51,929 bases of DNA from an uncultured Rhodospirillaceae bacterium (GCA_900553035.1 USCC01000003.1:1-51929), one strand, 5' to 3'; positions 8,656 to 17,579 are shown, numbered from the stretch's first letter. Program-made: numbers and translations. Notes: a model not told the origin generated them from the letters alone.

Positions 8656-9195
8656 ATGAAGATCACAGTCATTACCGGCAGCCCGCACAGAAACGGGACT
8701 TCCGCACTTCTTGCCGATGAGTTCATACGGGGCGCGTCCGAAGGCGGCCATGATATTTTCAGATTTGACGCCGCCTTTTCAAACGTTCATCCCTGTAGAG
8801 CATGTGAAGCCTGCGCCATGGGGCGGCAGAAATGCGTTTTCAGGGATGATATGGATGTTTTGGAGCCGCATCTGCGGGCGGATGATGTCATCGCGTTTGT
8901 CACGCCGTTATATTATTACGGCATGTCGGCTCAGATCAAAACAGTCATTGATCGTTTCCATGGCAGTGGGATGAATCTTGAAAAGCGTCCTAAAAAGGCG
9001 GTTTTTATGGCAACGGCCTATAATCCCGCGTCTTGGGCGATGGATGATATCGTCGGACATTACCGGACGATCATCCGGTATCTGGGATGGGAGGATGCCG
9101 GAACGGTTCTGGCTGTCGGATGCGGCGTTCGAGCCGATATTGAACGGACGGATTTTCCCAAGAAGGCCTATGTTTTGGGAAAGTCGTTTTCCTGA
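8656..9195 (+). CDS. Iron-sulfur flavoprotein (Isf family), cytoplasmic paralogue
   Basis: 179 aa, clearly paralogous to the core of the preceding gene. MKITVITGSPHRNGTSALLADEFIRG. CRACEACAMGRQKC (CX2CX2CX6C). No signal peptide. Confidence 0.85.
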   Translation: MKITVITGSPHRNGTSALLADEFIRGASEGGHDIFRFDAAFSNVHPCRACEACAMGRQKCVFRDDMDVLEPHLRADDVIAFVTPLYYYGMSAQIKTVIDRFHGSGMNLEKRPKKAVFMATAYNPASWAMDDIVGHYRTIIRYLGWEDAGTVLAVGCGVRADIERTDFPKKAYVLGKSFS

Positions 9196-9207
9196 TTTTC
9201 GGAGGGC

Positions 9208-9708
9208 ATGAACATGAAGAACGAAAAAATCTTTTATTACAAATTTGAACCGATCAACGCATGGTTTGTTTTCAACACTGCTCTGCTGATCGTCCTGCTT
9301 TACGGAAGCTTCCGATGTCCGTTTCTGCTCTCTTGGTGGCAGACACAAGTGTTATGGGACGGGGCGGTGTTTTCCGTGCTGGCGTGGGGGTACAAATACC
9401 TGCTGAAACACCGGGCGGCTGTGATTGATGACGAGGCCGTCACCATTGACCATTGCCGTCCGCTTCCGTGGGCGGACATCCGAGCCGCCGAAGAGAAAAC
9501 CGTGAAATGCGGACTGCGTAAATACAGGGTGATTGTCCTGGAGCCGAAAGAGGGGATTGATTACAGGTACAATTTCCTGCAAAAGCACAATTGCCGGTTT
9601 TCCCCTTTTTCAATTCCGCTTTACGGGATTCTCTCGGATGAGGATATCGCGGAAATAAAAAGGCTTATTTCCGAAAAAGTCGGTCCTGTCCGGACGGCGG
9701 AAGAATAA
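9208..9708 (+). CDS. Hypothetical membrane protein
   Basis: 166 aa with two predicted N-terminal TM helices and a soluble C-terminal half. Last gene before terminator 9723-9748. Confidence 0.55.
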   Translation: MNMKNEKIFYYKFEPINAWFVFNTALLIVLLYGSFRCPFLLSWWQTQVLWDGAVFSVLAWGYKYLLKHRAAVIDDEAVTIDHCRPLPWADIRAAEEKTVKCGLRKYRVIVLEPKEGIDYRYNFLQKHNCRFSPFSIPLYGILSDEDIAEIKRLISEKVGPVRTAEE

Positions 9709-9722
9709 AAAAACGATCCCGG

Positions 9723-9748
9723 AAAGCCCCGCGGAAGCGGGGCTTTTT
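9723..9748. terminator. Bidirectional intrinsic terminator
   Basis: aaagccccgc-ggaa-gcggggcttttt. Sits between convergent genes ending at 9708 (+) and 9769 (-). Confidence 0.75.
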
Positions 9749-9768
9749 CATGAACGGATGTTTCTCCT

Positions 9769-10980
9769 TCAACGCAGGGGGCCGTTCTGCTCTGTCCAAC
9801 GAGGGGCGCCAGAAACGGAGGCCGTATTTTTGAGCGGCCCGCTTTGCCGGAGGAATACAAAGAATGCTCCGAATATCAGGAAAAGAACGGCTCCAAAAAC
9901 AACAGGGCTTAATCCGATCCCCGAAATGATTCCGCCGCAGACGAACGTACCGGCGGCAGTACCCAGATTCGCCGAGGTCAGGAATAATCCATTGGCAAAA
10001 TCCGAAGCCTCCGGCGCGGCCGAAGAAATCATATACTGCCCGCTGTTGCCGGCGATACCGCCCAGGATCCCCAGAATAAAAACAAGGGCTGCCGCCGGGA
10101 CAATGAAGCGGCCGGCAAAAAACAGGGCGGTGTAAACGGCGATCAGAGCAAAGGGAATGCTCTTAATCGTTTTCCCGGGATTCAGAGCCAGCATTTTTCC
10201 GGCAAACATATTGCCGATGATGTTGGATACTCCGTATATGAACAGGAGCAGGCTGATGATTTTGAACGAAACGCCGGTGATGTTTTTAAGGTAGTCGGAC
10301 AGGTAGCTGAAAAAACCGAACAGAGCGCCGTTGATGAAAATAACGGCCAGAACGGAATACCATACGACAGGTTTTTTCAGGACACTCAGCTGCTGGCCGT
10401 ACGAGATTCTTTCCCTGACCGGCAGAGACGGAACGAAAATAAGCGTCGCCACGAAAACCACGACATTGATGGCGGCAAAAAACAGCATGGCCGCAGCGAA
10501 GGAAGTTTCTCCGGCGATGAAGCTTGTTGCCGGGACGCCCAACACCATGCCCGCCGAAACGCCGATGAATACTTTGGCAACGGCTTTGGGCACATCCTTT
10601 TTATCCGCAGAGCCGGCCGCGACCGTAAAGGCCATGGAAACATAAACCGGATGGAAAAAAGCCGGAATGACCCGGGCGGCTAGGATGACCGTAAAATCCT
10701 GCGTCAGCATGGAAACGATATTGCCGGCAATGAAAATCCCCAGCGAAAGCAGCATGGCGGATTTACGGTTCATCCCGGACAGCAGCAGAGGCATCACCGG
10801 CCCCGAAACAGCCACGACCAGGGCAAAAAGGCTGACCGTTTTCCCGGCTTCCGGAACGCTGACGTGAAACGTTTCCGCGATCAGAGGGATAATCCCGACG
10901 ACGCCCATCTCGGTATTGATGATGCCGAAGACGCCAAGGGTTAAAATGAAGACCAGAAGGCTGTTTGAGCTGTTTTTCAT
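9769..10980 (-). CDS. MFS transporter (DHA1-like)
   Basis: About 12 hydrophobic helices. Start placed at ATG 10980 (MKNSSNSLLVFILTLGVFGI) instead of track start 11061. Confidence 0.85.
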   Translation of the reverse strand: MKNSSNSLLVFILTLGVFGIINTEMGVVGIIPLIAETFHVSVPEAGKTVSLFALVVAVSGPVMPLLLSGMNRKSAMLLSLGIFIAGNIVSMLTQDFTVILAARVIPAFFHPVYVSMAFTVAAGSADKKDVPKAVAKVFIGVSAGMVLGVPATSFIAGETSFAAAMLFFAAINVVVFVATLIFVPSLPVRERISYGQQLSVLKKPVVWYSVLAVIFINGALFGFFSYLSDYLKNITGVSFKIISLLLFIYGVSNIIGNMFAGKMLALNPGKTIKSIPFALIAVYTALFFAGRFIVPAAALVFILGILGGIAGNSGQYMISSAAPEASDFANGLFLTSANLGTAAGTFVCGGIISGIGLSPVVFGAVLFLIFGAFFVFLRQSGPLKNTASVSGAPRWTEQNGPLR

Positions 10981-11172
10981 ATCCGTTTCCGATTTTTTTT
11001 TGATCAATGCTGTGAAGGCGGAAAGATCGTTCAAAACCACCGTTATCCCGATATTCTTCACGGTGATATCCCTCTTCCTTTCCCTCCTTTTGAAGCGGCT
11101 GCCCCCGTGAAAAGAGGGGCAGCGCTTCGGTTTCGCAGGACGGCGATCAGCAGAATTTTCATGCCGTCCTTT

Positions 11173-12231
11173 TCATTTCAGATTTTTTTTGAAAAACGCT
11201 TCCAGCTTTCCAAACGGAATGAGGTCAACGCGGTCATACAGATCGACATGGCCTGCTTCGGGAACGATCACCAGTTCTTTTGGTTCGATAGCACGCCGGT
11301 AGGCCTCCTGACTGAACTCAATCGAATGAGCCTTTTCCCCGGTGATGAACAGAAGCGGCCGCGGCGAGATCGTTTCAATGTCATTGAACGGATAGAAGTT
11401 CATGAATTTGGTGTTGCTGCTCAGCGTCGGATGGGTCGTCTGTTCGGAAGACGCGCCTGCCGGTGTGAACTCACCTCTGGGCGTGCGGTAGAACTCAAAG
11501 AATTCCCGTTCGATCGGCGTCGTGTTTTCATTGATTTCATGGACGGTTCCGCTGGTATATTTTCTTTTGCCGCCCGTAAATTCGGCGTACCGCTGTTCGG
11601 CGGCTTCGGCGATAATCTTTTTTCTCTGTTCCAGAGAGAGAGACTTGTTCAGTCCGTGACGGCTGGCCGATCCCATATCGTACATGCTGACGGTCGCAAC
11701 GGCTTTGAGGCGGGGATCTATTTTGGCCGCGCTGATGGCAAAGCTTCCACTGCCGCAGATTCCGATCACTCCGATTCCGTCCGGATCAACGAACGGCCTT
11801 GTCCCCAGATAATCTGCCGCCGCGCTGAAGGCTTCCGCGTACATGTCGGGAGAAACGCTGTTGCGGGGCGTGCCGCCGCTTTCTCCCCAGAAGGGGAGGT
11901 CTATGGCCAGGGTGACAAAGCCTTTTTCCGCCATTTTCGTCGCGTAAAGATTCGCGCTCTGCTCCTTGACGGCTCCCATGGGGTGCCCGACAACGATTGC
12001 CGGAAGCTTTTTCTTTCCGTCAAAGTCCTTCGGCATGAAAAGATTTCCCGCAATATTCATGTCGTACTGGTTTTTGAAGGTCACTTTCTGCAGGGTGACT
12101 TTGTCGCTTGTGTAAAAGTTATCTGCATCTTTCGGCATGTCTGCTCCTGAGGCGGCGGATGTTGATAAAAGAACTCCAAACAGGGCCGTCAGAACAGGTC
12201 TGGCGGCAGAATGCGGTTTGTTTGTCGGCAT
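11173..12231 (-). CDS. Secreted alpha/beta hydrolase (dienelactone-hydrolase-like)
   Basis: Signal peptide MPTNKPHSAARPVLTALFGVLLSTSAASGA. Nucleophile-elbow-like GVIGICGSGSF. C-terminal HVDLYD region. The opposite-strand 347-aa ORF is Arg-rich shadow. Confidence 0.8.
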   Translation of the reverse strand: MPTNKPHSAARPVLTALFGVLLSTSAASGADMPKDADNFYTSDKVTLQKVTFKNQYDMNIAGNLFMPKDFDGKKKLPAIVVGHPMGAVKEQSANLYATKMAEKGFVTLAIDLPFWGESGGTPRNSVSPDMYAEAFSAAADYLGTRPFVDPDGIGVIGICGSGSFAISAAKIDPRLKAVATVSMYDMGSASRHGLNKSLSLEQRKKIIAEAAEQRYAEFTGGKRKYTSGTVHEINENTTPIEREFFEFYRTPRGEFTPAGASSEQTTHPTLSSNTKFMNFYPFNDIETISPRPLLFITGEKAHSIEFSQEAYRRAIEPKELVIVPEAGHVDLYDRVDLIPFGKLEAFFKKNLK

Positions 12232-12262
12232 GTTTTTCTCCTTTGAGTGCGGTTAAAATGAA

Positions 12263-12496
12263 TCACGGTGTTTTGCTTTTGAGGCTGAACATCAGAAAAT
12301 CGAGGCAATCGATTTTTTTCTGGTCTTCATGCAGGGTTCGCACCAAAAGCTTTCTGTGGCCGGACAGCAGGCGGAGCTGCCGAATCGTTCCTCCTTCTTT
12401 TTCCAGCTGAAAAAACGTCCGGATCATGCGGGTATCGCAGCCGGCGTCTTTGAGGGTACGGAGAAGATCGGTTTCTTTTTTTGATGCGTCAGTCAT
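12263..12496 (-). CDS. Small hypothetical protein (77 aa), divergent from LysR gene
   Basis: Intact ORF with reasonable composition. No family assigned. Confidence 0.4.
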   Translation of the reverse strand: MTDASKKETDLLRTLKDAGCDTRMIRTFFQLEKEGGTIRQLRLLSGHRKLLVRTLHEDQKKIDCLDFLMFSLKSKTP

Positions 12497-12629
12497 TCGG
12501 CTGTCCTTTCATGTTTTTATTATGGGAGGCCGGGCGGATGATAGCAAATACTTATATCTTATGAAGAGATATGCTTTACAGGCATTTCATGAAACGCTAA
12601 TATTGAAAAAACACACAAAGGAAACCCTC

Positions 12630-13520
12630 ATGGAACTCAGAGTCTTACGCTATTTTCTGGCCGTCGCACGCGAAGGCAGCGTCACCGGCGCCGCCCGTTT
12701 TCTGAACGTCACACAACCCACCCTTTCCCGGCAGATCAGGGAGCTGGAGGAAGAATTGGGGCAACAGTTGTTCGTCCGCGGCAGTCACAGCGTTTCCCTG
12801 ACGGCGGAAGGAATGATTTTAAGGAAGCGAGCCGAAGAGATTGTCGATATGGTCGGCAAGACCAAAGCCGAATTCAGCGCGATGCAGGAAACGGTCGGCG
12901 GCGACATTCATATCGGCGGCGGCGAAACCGAAGGCATGAAACTGATCGCCGATGTCATCAACGGCCTGCGCCGGGATTATCCTGACATTCATTACCATCT
13001 GTACAGCGGCAATGCCGAGGACTTAAGCGAACGCCTGGATAAGGGACTGCTTGATTTCTGTGTGCTTATTCAGCCGATTGATCTGTCAAAATATGACTAC
13101 ATCGATATGCCTGTCAAAGACGTATGGGGCGTCATCATGCACAAAGACAGCCCTCTGGCTCGGAAGGAAGCCGTGGAGCGCGCGGATCTGCTGAAACTGC
13201 CGCTTGTGTGTTCCCGGCAGGCGATTCGTCCGGCCGCGCCGCATAACGAATTTCTGGACTGGTTCGGGGACGATTTTCAAAAGCTTGATATCATTGCGAC
13301 ATATAATCTGCTTTTCAACGCCGCGCTTCTGGCAGAACAGGGGGTCGGCTATGTGATTACGCTGGATAAGCTTGTCAATCCGATGAATACCGGCGTGTGC
13401 TTCCGGCCCTTTGAACCGAAGCTGGAAGCCGGGCTGAGCGTCGTCTGGAAAAGGTATCAGGTGTTTTCGCCGGCCGCCCGGATTTTTCTGGACGCGTTGC
13501 GAAGGAAACTTGCCGCATGA
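12630..13520 (+). CDS. LysR-family transcriptional regulator
   Basis: MELRVLRYFLAVAREGSVTGAARFLNVTQPTLSRQIRELEEELGQQLF is a canonical LysR HTH. Start set at ATG 12630. Confidence 0.9.
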   Translation: MELRVLRYFLAVAREGSVTGAARFLNVTQPTLSRQIRELEEELGQQLFVRGSHSVSLTAEGMILRKRAEEIVDMVGKTKAEFSAMQETVGGDIHIGGGETEGMKLIADVINGLRRDYPDIHYHLYSGNAEDLSERLDKGLLDFCVLIQPIDLSKYDYIDMPVKDVWGVIMHKDSPLARKEAVERADLLKLPLVCSRQAIRPAAPHNEFLDWFGDDFQKLDIIATYNLLFNAALLAEQGVGYVITLDKLVNPMNTGVCFRPFEPKLEAGLSVVWKRYQVFSPAARIFLDALRRKLAA

Positions 13521-13568
13521 AATATTCGGTGCGGCCGGAACCGGATCGGGGCGCCCTTTTCCGGAAAG

Positions 13569-14129
13569 CTAATACAGGATGATTCCCGCACCCGCGCTGA
13601 GGAACATGATCCAGACCGGATTTGTTTTGAACCGGCGCAGAAGCAGCATTGATACCGCCGCAACAGCCATGGCATAAAAATCAAAATCGTTGATTTCCGG
13701 CGTGATGTAATTATGCCCGGTGAGCGCCAGCAGCAGAATTCCGGCACCGGCCGCACCGATTAAGCCGGTCGCCACGGCTTTCAATCCCCGCAGAACCGCC
13801 ATAATCACATCAGAACTCCGATAACGACAGAAAAAGCGGTATCCGGCCAAAGAAATGACCACACCGGAAAAAATACAGCTGAATGTTGCCACAACAGCGC
13901 CGGCGATCCCCGCGATTTTCAATCCGACAAAGCTGGAAGCATTAATGGCCAGAGGCCCGGGCGTCATCTGTGAAATGGTGATGATGTCGGTATATTCTTT
14001 CATCGTCAGCCAATGATACTGATTGACCAGCAGGTCTTCAATCAGGGCGATGATGGCATATCCGCCGCCGATGCTGAAGCTGCCGATTTGCCAGAAGTTA
14101 AGAGCCAGTTCCGGAAGTTTTTCAAACAT
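13569..14129 (-). CDS. Chromate transporter family protein (ChrA half-size, second of pair)
   Basis: 186 aa hydrophobic with SFSIGGGYAIIALIE and ISQMTPGPLAIN motifs typical of the CHR family. Starts 1 nt after its partner. Confidence 0.85.
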   Translation of the reverse strand: MFEKLPELALNFWQIGSFSIGGGYAIIALIEDLLVNQYHWLTMKEYTDIITISQMTPGPLAINASSFVGLKIAGIAGAVVATFSCIFSGVVISLAGYRFFCRYRSSDVIMAVLRGLKAVATGLIGAAGAGILLLALTGHNYITPEINDFDFYAMAVAAVSMLLLRRFKTNPVWIMFLSAGAGIILY

Positions 14130-14130
14130 G

Positions 14131-14703
14131 TTACTTTGTCCGCCGGGCTTTTATGCTGAAGAGGAGGGCGTAGGCGGCCAGTGAAAGAATAATCAGCAAA
14201 ATGGCGTTGACGTTGAAAACAAAAGCCGCCGCAAAGACGGCCGCCGCCGTGAAGAGGCCGAGCCTCTCTCGAGCCTGGGCCACATTTTTCGCCATGTCAA
14301 GGACAACGTCTATGATAATGGCGGCGATGGCGGCAATCATCCCTTTAAGCGCGGCGTTGATCATCTCATTGTGGATAAACTGCTGATAGCATGCCGCCAC
14401 AATCGAAATGATGATCAGCGGCGGAAGGACCGCCGCGATACAGCTGACAACGGCTCCGGTGATGCCGGCGATTCTGTATCCCGTGACGGCGGAAAGGTTG
14501 ACGGCAATTGCGCCGGGCGCCGACTGGGCAATGGCGTACATTTCAATCAGCTCGTCAAAATCAAAGGCCCGGGCTTTATCAATAAACTGCTTTTTCATCA
14601 GGGGAATAATCATATATCCGCCCCCGACGGCCAGACAGCTGATGATGATGTTGGCTTTGAAAAGCCATAATAGACGACGGATGAGGCTTTGATCGTGCAT
14701 CAT
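14131..14703 (-). CDS. Chromate transporter family protein (ChrA half-size, first of pair)
   Basis: LAVGGGYMIIPLMKKQFI and AIAQSAPGAIAVN motifs. Start placed at ATG 14703/14700 (MMHDQSL), not track start 14907, which would overlap the nitroreductase gene. Confidence 0.8.
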   Translation of the reverse strand: MMHDQSLIRRLLWLFKANIIISCLAVGGGYMIIPLMKKQFIDKARAFDFDELIEMYAIAQSAPGAIAVNLSAVTGYRIAGITGAVVSCIAAVLPPLIIISIVAACYQQFIHNEMINAALKGMIAAIAAIIIDVVLDMAKNVAQARERLGLFTAAAVFAAAFVFNVNAILLIILSLAAYALLFSIKARRTK

Positions 14704-14872
14704 GAAACTCCGTTGGTTTTCGCGGGGAATTCTGCCCTGACAAAGAAAAAGCGCCGCAAGACTGTCCTGCTTCCTCTTATTCCTCAAGCCGGACACATAA
14801 AAAATCTCCGCCATTTTACGGAATTTTTCCCGATTGGCAATGCCTGAGTCACAGTTCACGAACGACGGTTTG

Positions 14873-15496
14873 TTACCAATTGTTAAAATGTATCCTGTCC
14901 TCAACATTGATACACTTTTGCACAGGCAATTTGGCGTCTTTGCTCGGATAACCTAAAGCGATATAACAAGGCATTGCGTAATCATCCGGATGGTTAATTG
15001 TTTTCTTGATATGCTCCAATTCCCCGGTCATCGGAATACGGGTAACTCCAAAAATTTCCTCGGCGGCGGCGGCTAAAAGGATATTTTCAATACAAAGCCA
15101 AATAGAGGCAAACTCATTCAATGAACTTAAACAAGTCGGCTGCATTAAAGGTTCTCTTATTTTGAAAAATGGCAAAATAAGACAGCCTGAATTATAAAGC
15201 ATGGAAAATTGCTTAGGCATTGCAATATGATACATTCCTCTTTGGTCTGTATCTGTCATTCCAAATCCGTCCATCATCTTTTCACATTCGTCATAGCTTG
15301 TCATATCTTTCAAATCAAGCACTCTCGAACGTTCTTTTTTATCATTGACGATCACAAACTCCCATTGCCGCAAATGGTTATTTGTCGGCGCTTTTAAACC
15401 TGCGGAAAGAATTTTTTTAATAACTTCCATATCAATCGGTTTATCTTCAAAATCACGGATTGTTCTGCGTTTTTCGATTGCTTCATAAAGTTCCAT
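14873..15496 (-). CDS. Nitroreductase family protein
   Basis: MELYEAIEKRRTIRDFEDKPI... is the typical nitroreductase N-terminus (RRS/TIR). 207 aa. Confidence 0.85.
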   Translation of the reverse strand: MELYEAIEKRRTIRDFEDKPIDMEVIKKILSAGLKAPTNNHLRQWEFVIVNDKKERSRVLDLKDMTSYDECEKMMDGFGMTDTDQRGMYHIAMPKQFSMLYNSGCLILPFFKIREPLMQPTCLSSLNEFASIWLCIENILLAAAAEEIFGVTRIPMTGELEHIKKTINHPDDYAMPCYIALGYPSKDAKLPVQKCINVEDRIHFNNW

Positions 15497-15510
15497 TTTC
15501 GCCTCTCCTT

Positions 15511-15993
15511 TTAACGGACATGATAAGTTTGTGATTCTTTTTTTCCAATCTCATCAAATTTCTGCTTCATCAAATCAGAAAACAAGGTGGTCAACCGCAC
15601 CAGCTCAGCAATGTCTTCTTTTTTTGCCAACTCAATCATCGCATCAACTTCGGCATTCGCCGCAGGTGGAATAATTTTTTCAGCGAAGTCATATCCTTTT
15701 TTAGTAAAGAAAATAATTTTATTGCGCCTGTCCTCAGGAGCTTCGATAAGTGTCACATATCCCAATTTGAAAAATTTTTTCACAATCGCACTGATTGTTT
15801 GCTTTGTTGCCGACATCCGCTCACAAATATGGGATTGTAAGCATCCCTTGGGAGCGAACCAAATCAAATTCAACACAAATAATTCATTCGTTGTTAAATT
15901 ATGCTTTCTGGCACATTGTGTATATGCGGCGAACTGCACATCTCTGAGTCGACAATAACGATTGACATACGCCCGGATTTCTTCTTTTTCCAT
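15511..15993 (-). CDS. MarR-family transcriptional regulator
   Basis: 160 aa winged HTH (LTTNELFVLNLIW....ERMSATKQTISAIVKKFFKLGYVTL..PEDRRNKIIFFTKKG). Confidence 0.88.
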   Translation of the reverse strand: MEKEEIRAYVNRYCRLRDVQFAAYTQCARKHNLTTNELFVLNLIWFAPKGCLQSHICERMSATKQTISAIVKKFFKLGYVTLIEAPEDRRNKIIFFTKKGYDFAEKIIPPAANAEVDAMIELAKKEDIAELVRLTTLFSDLMKQKFDEIGKKESQTYHVR

Positions 15994-16017
15994 TCGTTCC
16001 CATCTGTCAATAATTTG

Positions 16018-16037
16018 ATAGTCAAATATTTGACTAT
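16018..16037. promoter_or_regulatory. Perfect 20-bp palindrome, probable MarR autoregulatory operator
   Basis: ATAGTCAAATATTTGACTAT lies 25 nt upstream of the marR-like start on the minus strand. Confidence 0.5.
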
Positions 16038-16119
16038 TTTGTACCGCAAGGTTTTATGATTGTCAATATCGATTTGTAACGCGGCGGACAAGCCCGTCTA
16101 AAGAGTGACGCGGAACAGC

Positions 16120-16301
16120 TGTAAGACGAAAGATAGTTTTATATTTTTTAAGGAAGTGGGATATAGCGGGATATATGGGGATATAACGGGATAAAAACGG
16201 CAGGAAACCTTAATTTTTCGGGCGGCGGTGATGCCGCTTTTAATTTTTTGGCGCGAGATGGTTTTAACTTTTTTTGTAAAAAACGCAGGATAGTTTTAAC
16301 T
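16120..16301 (+). repeat. attL-like array: three direct copies of an end-repeat (consensus about AACGCAGGATAGTTTTAAC)
   Basis: Copies at 16120-16143 (terminal), 16251-16268 and 16282-16300. Spacing (one terminal site, a gap, then two adjacent sites) mirrors Mu attL L1 / L2-L3. Confidence 0.5.
16158..16197 (+). repeat. Four phased 10-bp repeats GGGATATNNN in the L1-L2 spacer
   Basis: gggatatagc gggatatatg gggatataac gggataaaaa, exact 10-bp periodicity. Homologous block at 18213-18252. Confidence 0.8.
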
Positions 16302-16611
16302 TTAAAAGGTCGGGGATTTCGCCCTCATGCTTCTGCCAATGCTATTCGTGAACGGATGCGCAAAGGCGAGATGTGATTGCCCGCCGTGGCCGATTGCCGG
16401 AGCGGCTGTCGCTCAAGAGCTTGATTGTTTGCCTGAAAAAGAGTTCCCGGCCCTTTATGAATGGCTGGCCAGATTGGATAAACTTCGCGACCAATTAAAA
16501 AAGTAGCGGAGGCTTGGGCGCACCACCGCCCAAAGCCGCGAGTTACAGGCTCGCACAGATTAACTGCTCCGCACCTCTGCAGAGGCGGAGTCAAAATACG
16601 GATTAACTAAT

Positions 16612-16791
16612 ATGGAGTCAATACGTTGCCCGAAATGTAATAAGCTTTTATTCAAAGCCAATTCGGCGGAAATCGAAATCAAATGCCCCAGATGCGGCAC
16701 TTTGAACACCATAACGGTCTTGAACCGAACTAACCAAGAAAGCCCTGAGCCTCCTTTAAGTAAGGAGAAGCTTTATGAAAAAGAAAATTGA
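16612..16791 (+). CDS. com: Com-like zinc-finger translational activator (59 aa; below ORF-track cut-off)
   Basis: MESIRCPKCNKLLFKANSAEIEIKCPRCGTLNTI... matches Mu Com (MKSIRCKNCNKLLFKA...IEIRCPRC). The 3' end overlaps the methyltransferase start by 17 nt, as com overlaps mom in Mu. Confidence 0.75.
   Translation: MESIRCPKCNKLLFKANSAEIEIKCPRCGTLNTITVLNRTNQESPEPPLSKEKLYEKEN
16751..16767 (+). promoter_or_regulatory. Hairpin sequestering the methyltransferase RBS (candidate Com target)
   Basis: CTCCTT(16751-56)-taagt-AAGGAG(16762-67). AAGGAG is the RBS for ATG 16775. The stem can be extended by flanking AGC/GCT. Confidence 0.5.
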
Positions 16792-17569
16792 AACAGTGCG
16801 TGTAACACCACTTGCCCCCTATCTTGGGGGCAAGTTCCGTCTTTCAAAACGGATCATCGATAAAATCGAACAAATCCCACATAAAATTTATGCCGAACCT
16901 TTTATCGGCATGGGCGGTATTTTTCTGCGCCGAATGCAAATCCCAAAAGCCGAAGTCATCAACGATATTAACGGCGAATTGGTCAACCTGTATCGGATTG
17001 TTCAGCGGTATCCGGAAGAACTCTGCCGTTCAATCAAGTTCCGATTGGCCGCCAGACAGGAATTTGAACGGTTAAGCAAAATCCCGCCCGAAACGCTGAC
17101 AGACATTGAACGCGCCGCCCGCTTCCTTTATTTGCAAAGCGTCGCTTTCGGCGGAAAAGTGACGGGGCAGTCGTTCGGCGTATCCATCGACCGTCCGGCG
17201 CGGTTTAACTTTGTAAAAATGCAGGAACGGATTCGCAATGTCGCCGAACGCTTGGCAAGCGTTACCATTGAACGAATGGATTTTGAAAAGTTCATCACAC
17301 GTTATAATACAAAAGACACACTGTTTTATCTTGACCCGCCGTATTGGGGAAATGAAACCGACTACGGTAAAAACATCTTCTGCCGCTCCGATTTTGAACG
17401 GTTAAAAGACGTTTTAACCGGCATTAAAGGCAGATTTATTTTGTCTTTAAATGATATTCCTCAAGTCCGAGAGCTGTTTAAAAACTTTACCATCGAACAG
17501 GCCGATGTGACATATAGCATCAGTAAAGCAGGCTGTTGTCAACGAACAGAGGTGATTATAACGAACTAA
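16775..17569 (+). CDS. DNA N6-adenine methyltransferase, Dam/D12 class
   Basis: AEPFIGMGGIF (FxGxG SAM motif) and FYLDPPYWG (DPPY catalytic motif). 264 aa. Confidence 0.9.
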   Translation: MKKKIETVRVTPLAPYLGGKFRLSKRIIDKIEQIPHKIYAEPFIGMGGIFLRRMQIPKAEVINDINGELVNLYRIVQRYPEELCRSIKFRLAARQEFERLSKIPPETLTDIERAARFLYLQSVAFGGKVTGQSFGVSIDRPARFNFVKMQERIRNVAERLASVTIERMDFEKFITRYNTKDTLFYLDPPYWGNETDYGKNIFCRSDFERLKDVLTGIKGRFILSLNDIPQVRELFKNFTIEQADVTYSISKAGCCQRTEVIITN

Positions 17570-17579
17570 TAAAATAAAG

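Noticed and set aside
11107-12150. 347-aa + strand ORF opposite the alpha/beta hydrolase
   Set aside because: The translation is Arg-rich and repetitive. The minus-strand product has a signal peptide and hydrolase motifs.
15994-16119. tRNA gene or integrase-type att site at the chromosome-prophage junction
   Set aside because: No cloverleaf-like sequence and no integrase gene are present. The element is transposase-based (MuA/MuB), so random-site insertion with short target duplications is expected.
16158-16197. GGGATA tandem repeats considered as a CRISPR array or VNTR
   Set aside because: The units are 10 bp with no spacers, there are only four copies, and no cas genes are present. The position inside both transposon-end arrays points to an architectural role.
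16325-16594. 89-aa minus-strand ORF, and a + strand 52-codon GTG-initiated frame ending LPEKEFPALYEWLARLDKLRDQLKK*
   Set aside because: The minus ORF has odd composition and no RBS. The + frame looks like a C-terminal remnant of a deleted gene at the presumed deletion junction, but it has no credible start. I left it unannotated as a possible pseudogene fragment.
16508-16611. Hairpins (ggcttgggcg..cgcccaaagcc and ctccgcacctctgcagaggcggag) and the direct repeat GATTAACT x2 upstream of com, considered as a Pmom-like regulated promoter
   Set aside because: The structures are real but I cannot define -35/-10 elements or an activator site, and the 26-bp late motif is absent here. I mention this only as a pointer.
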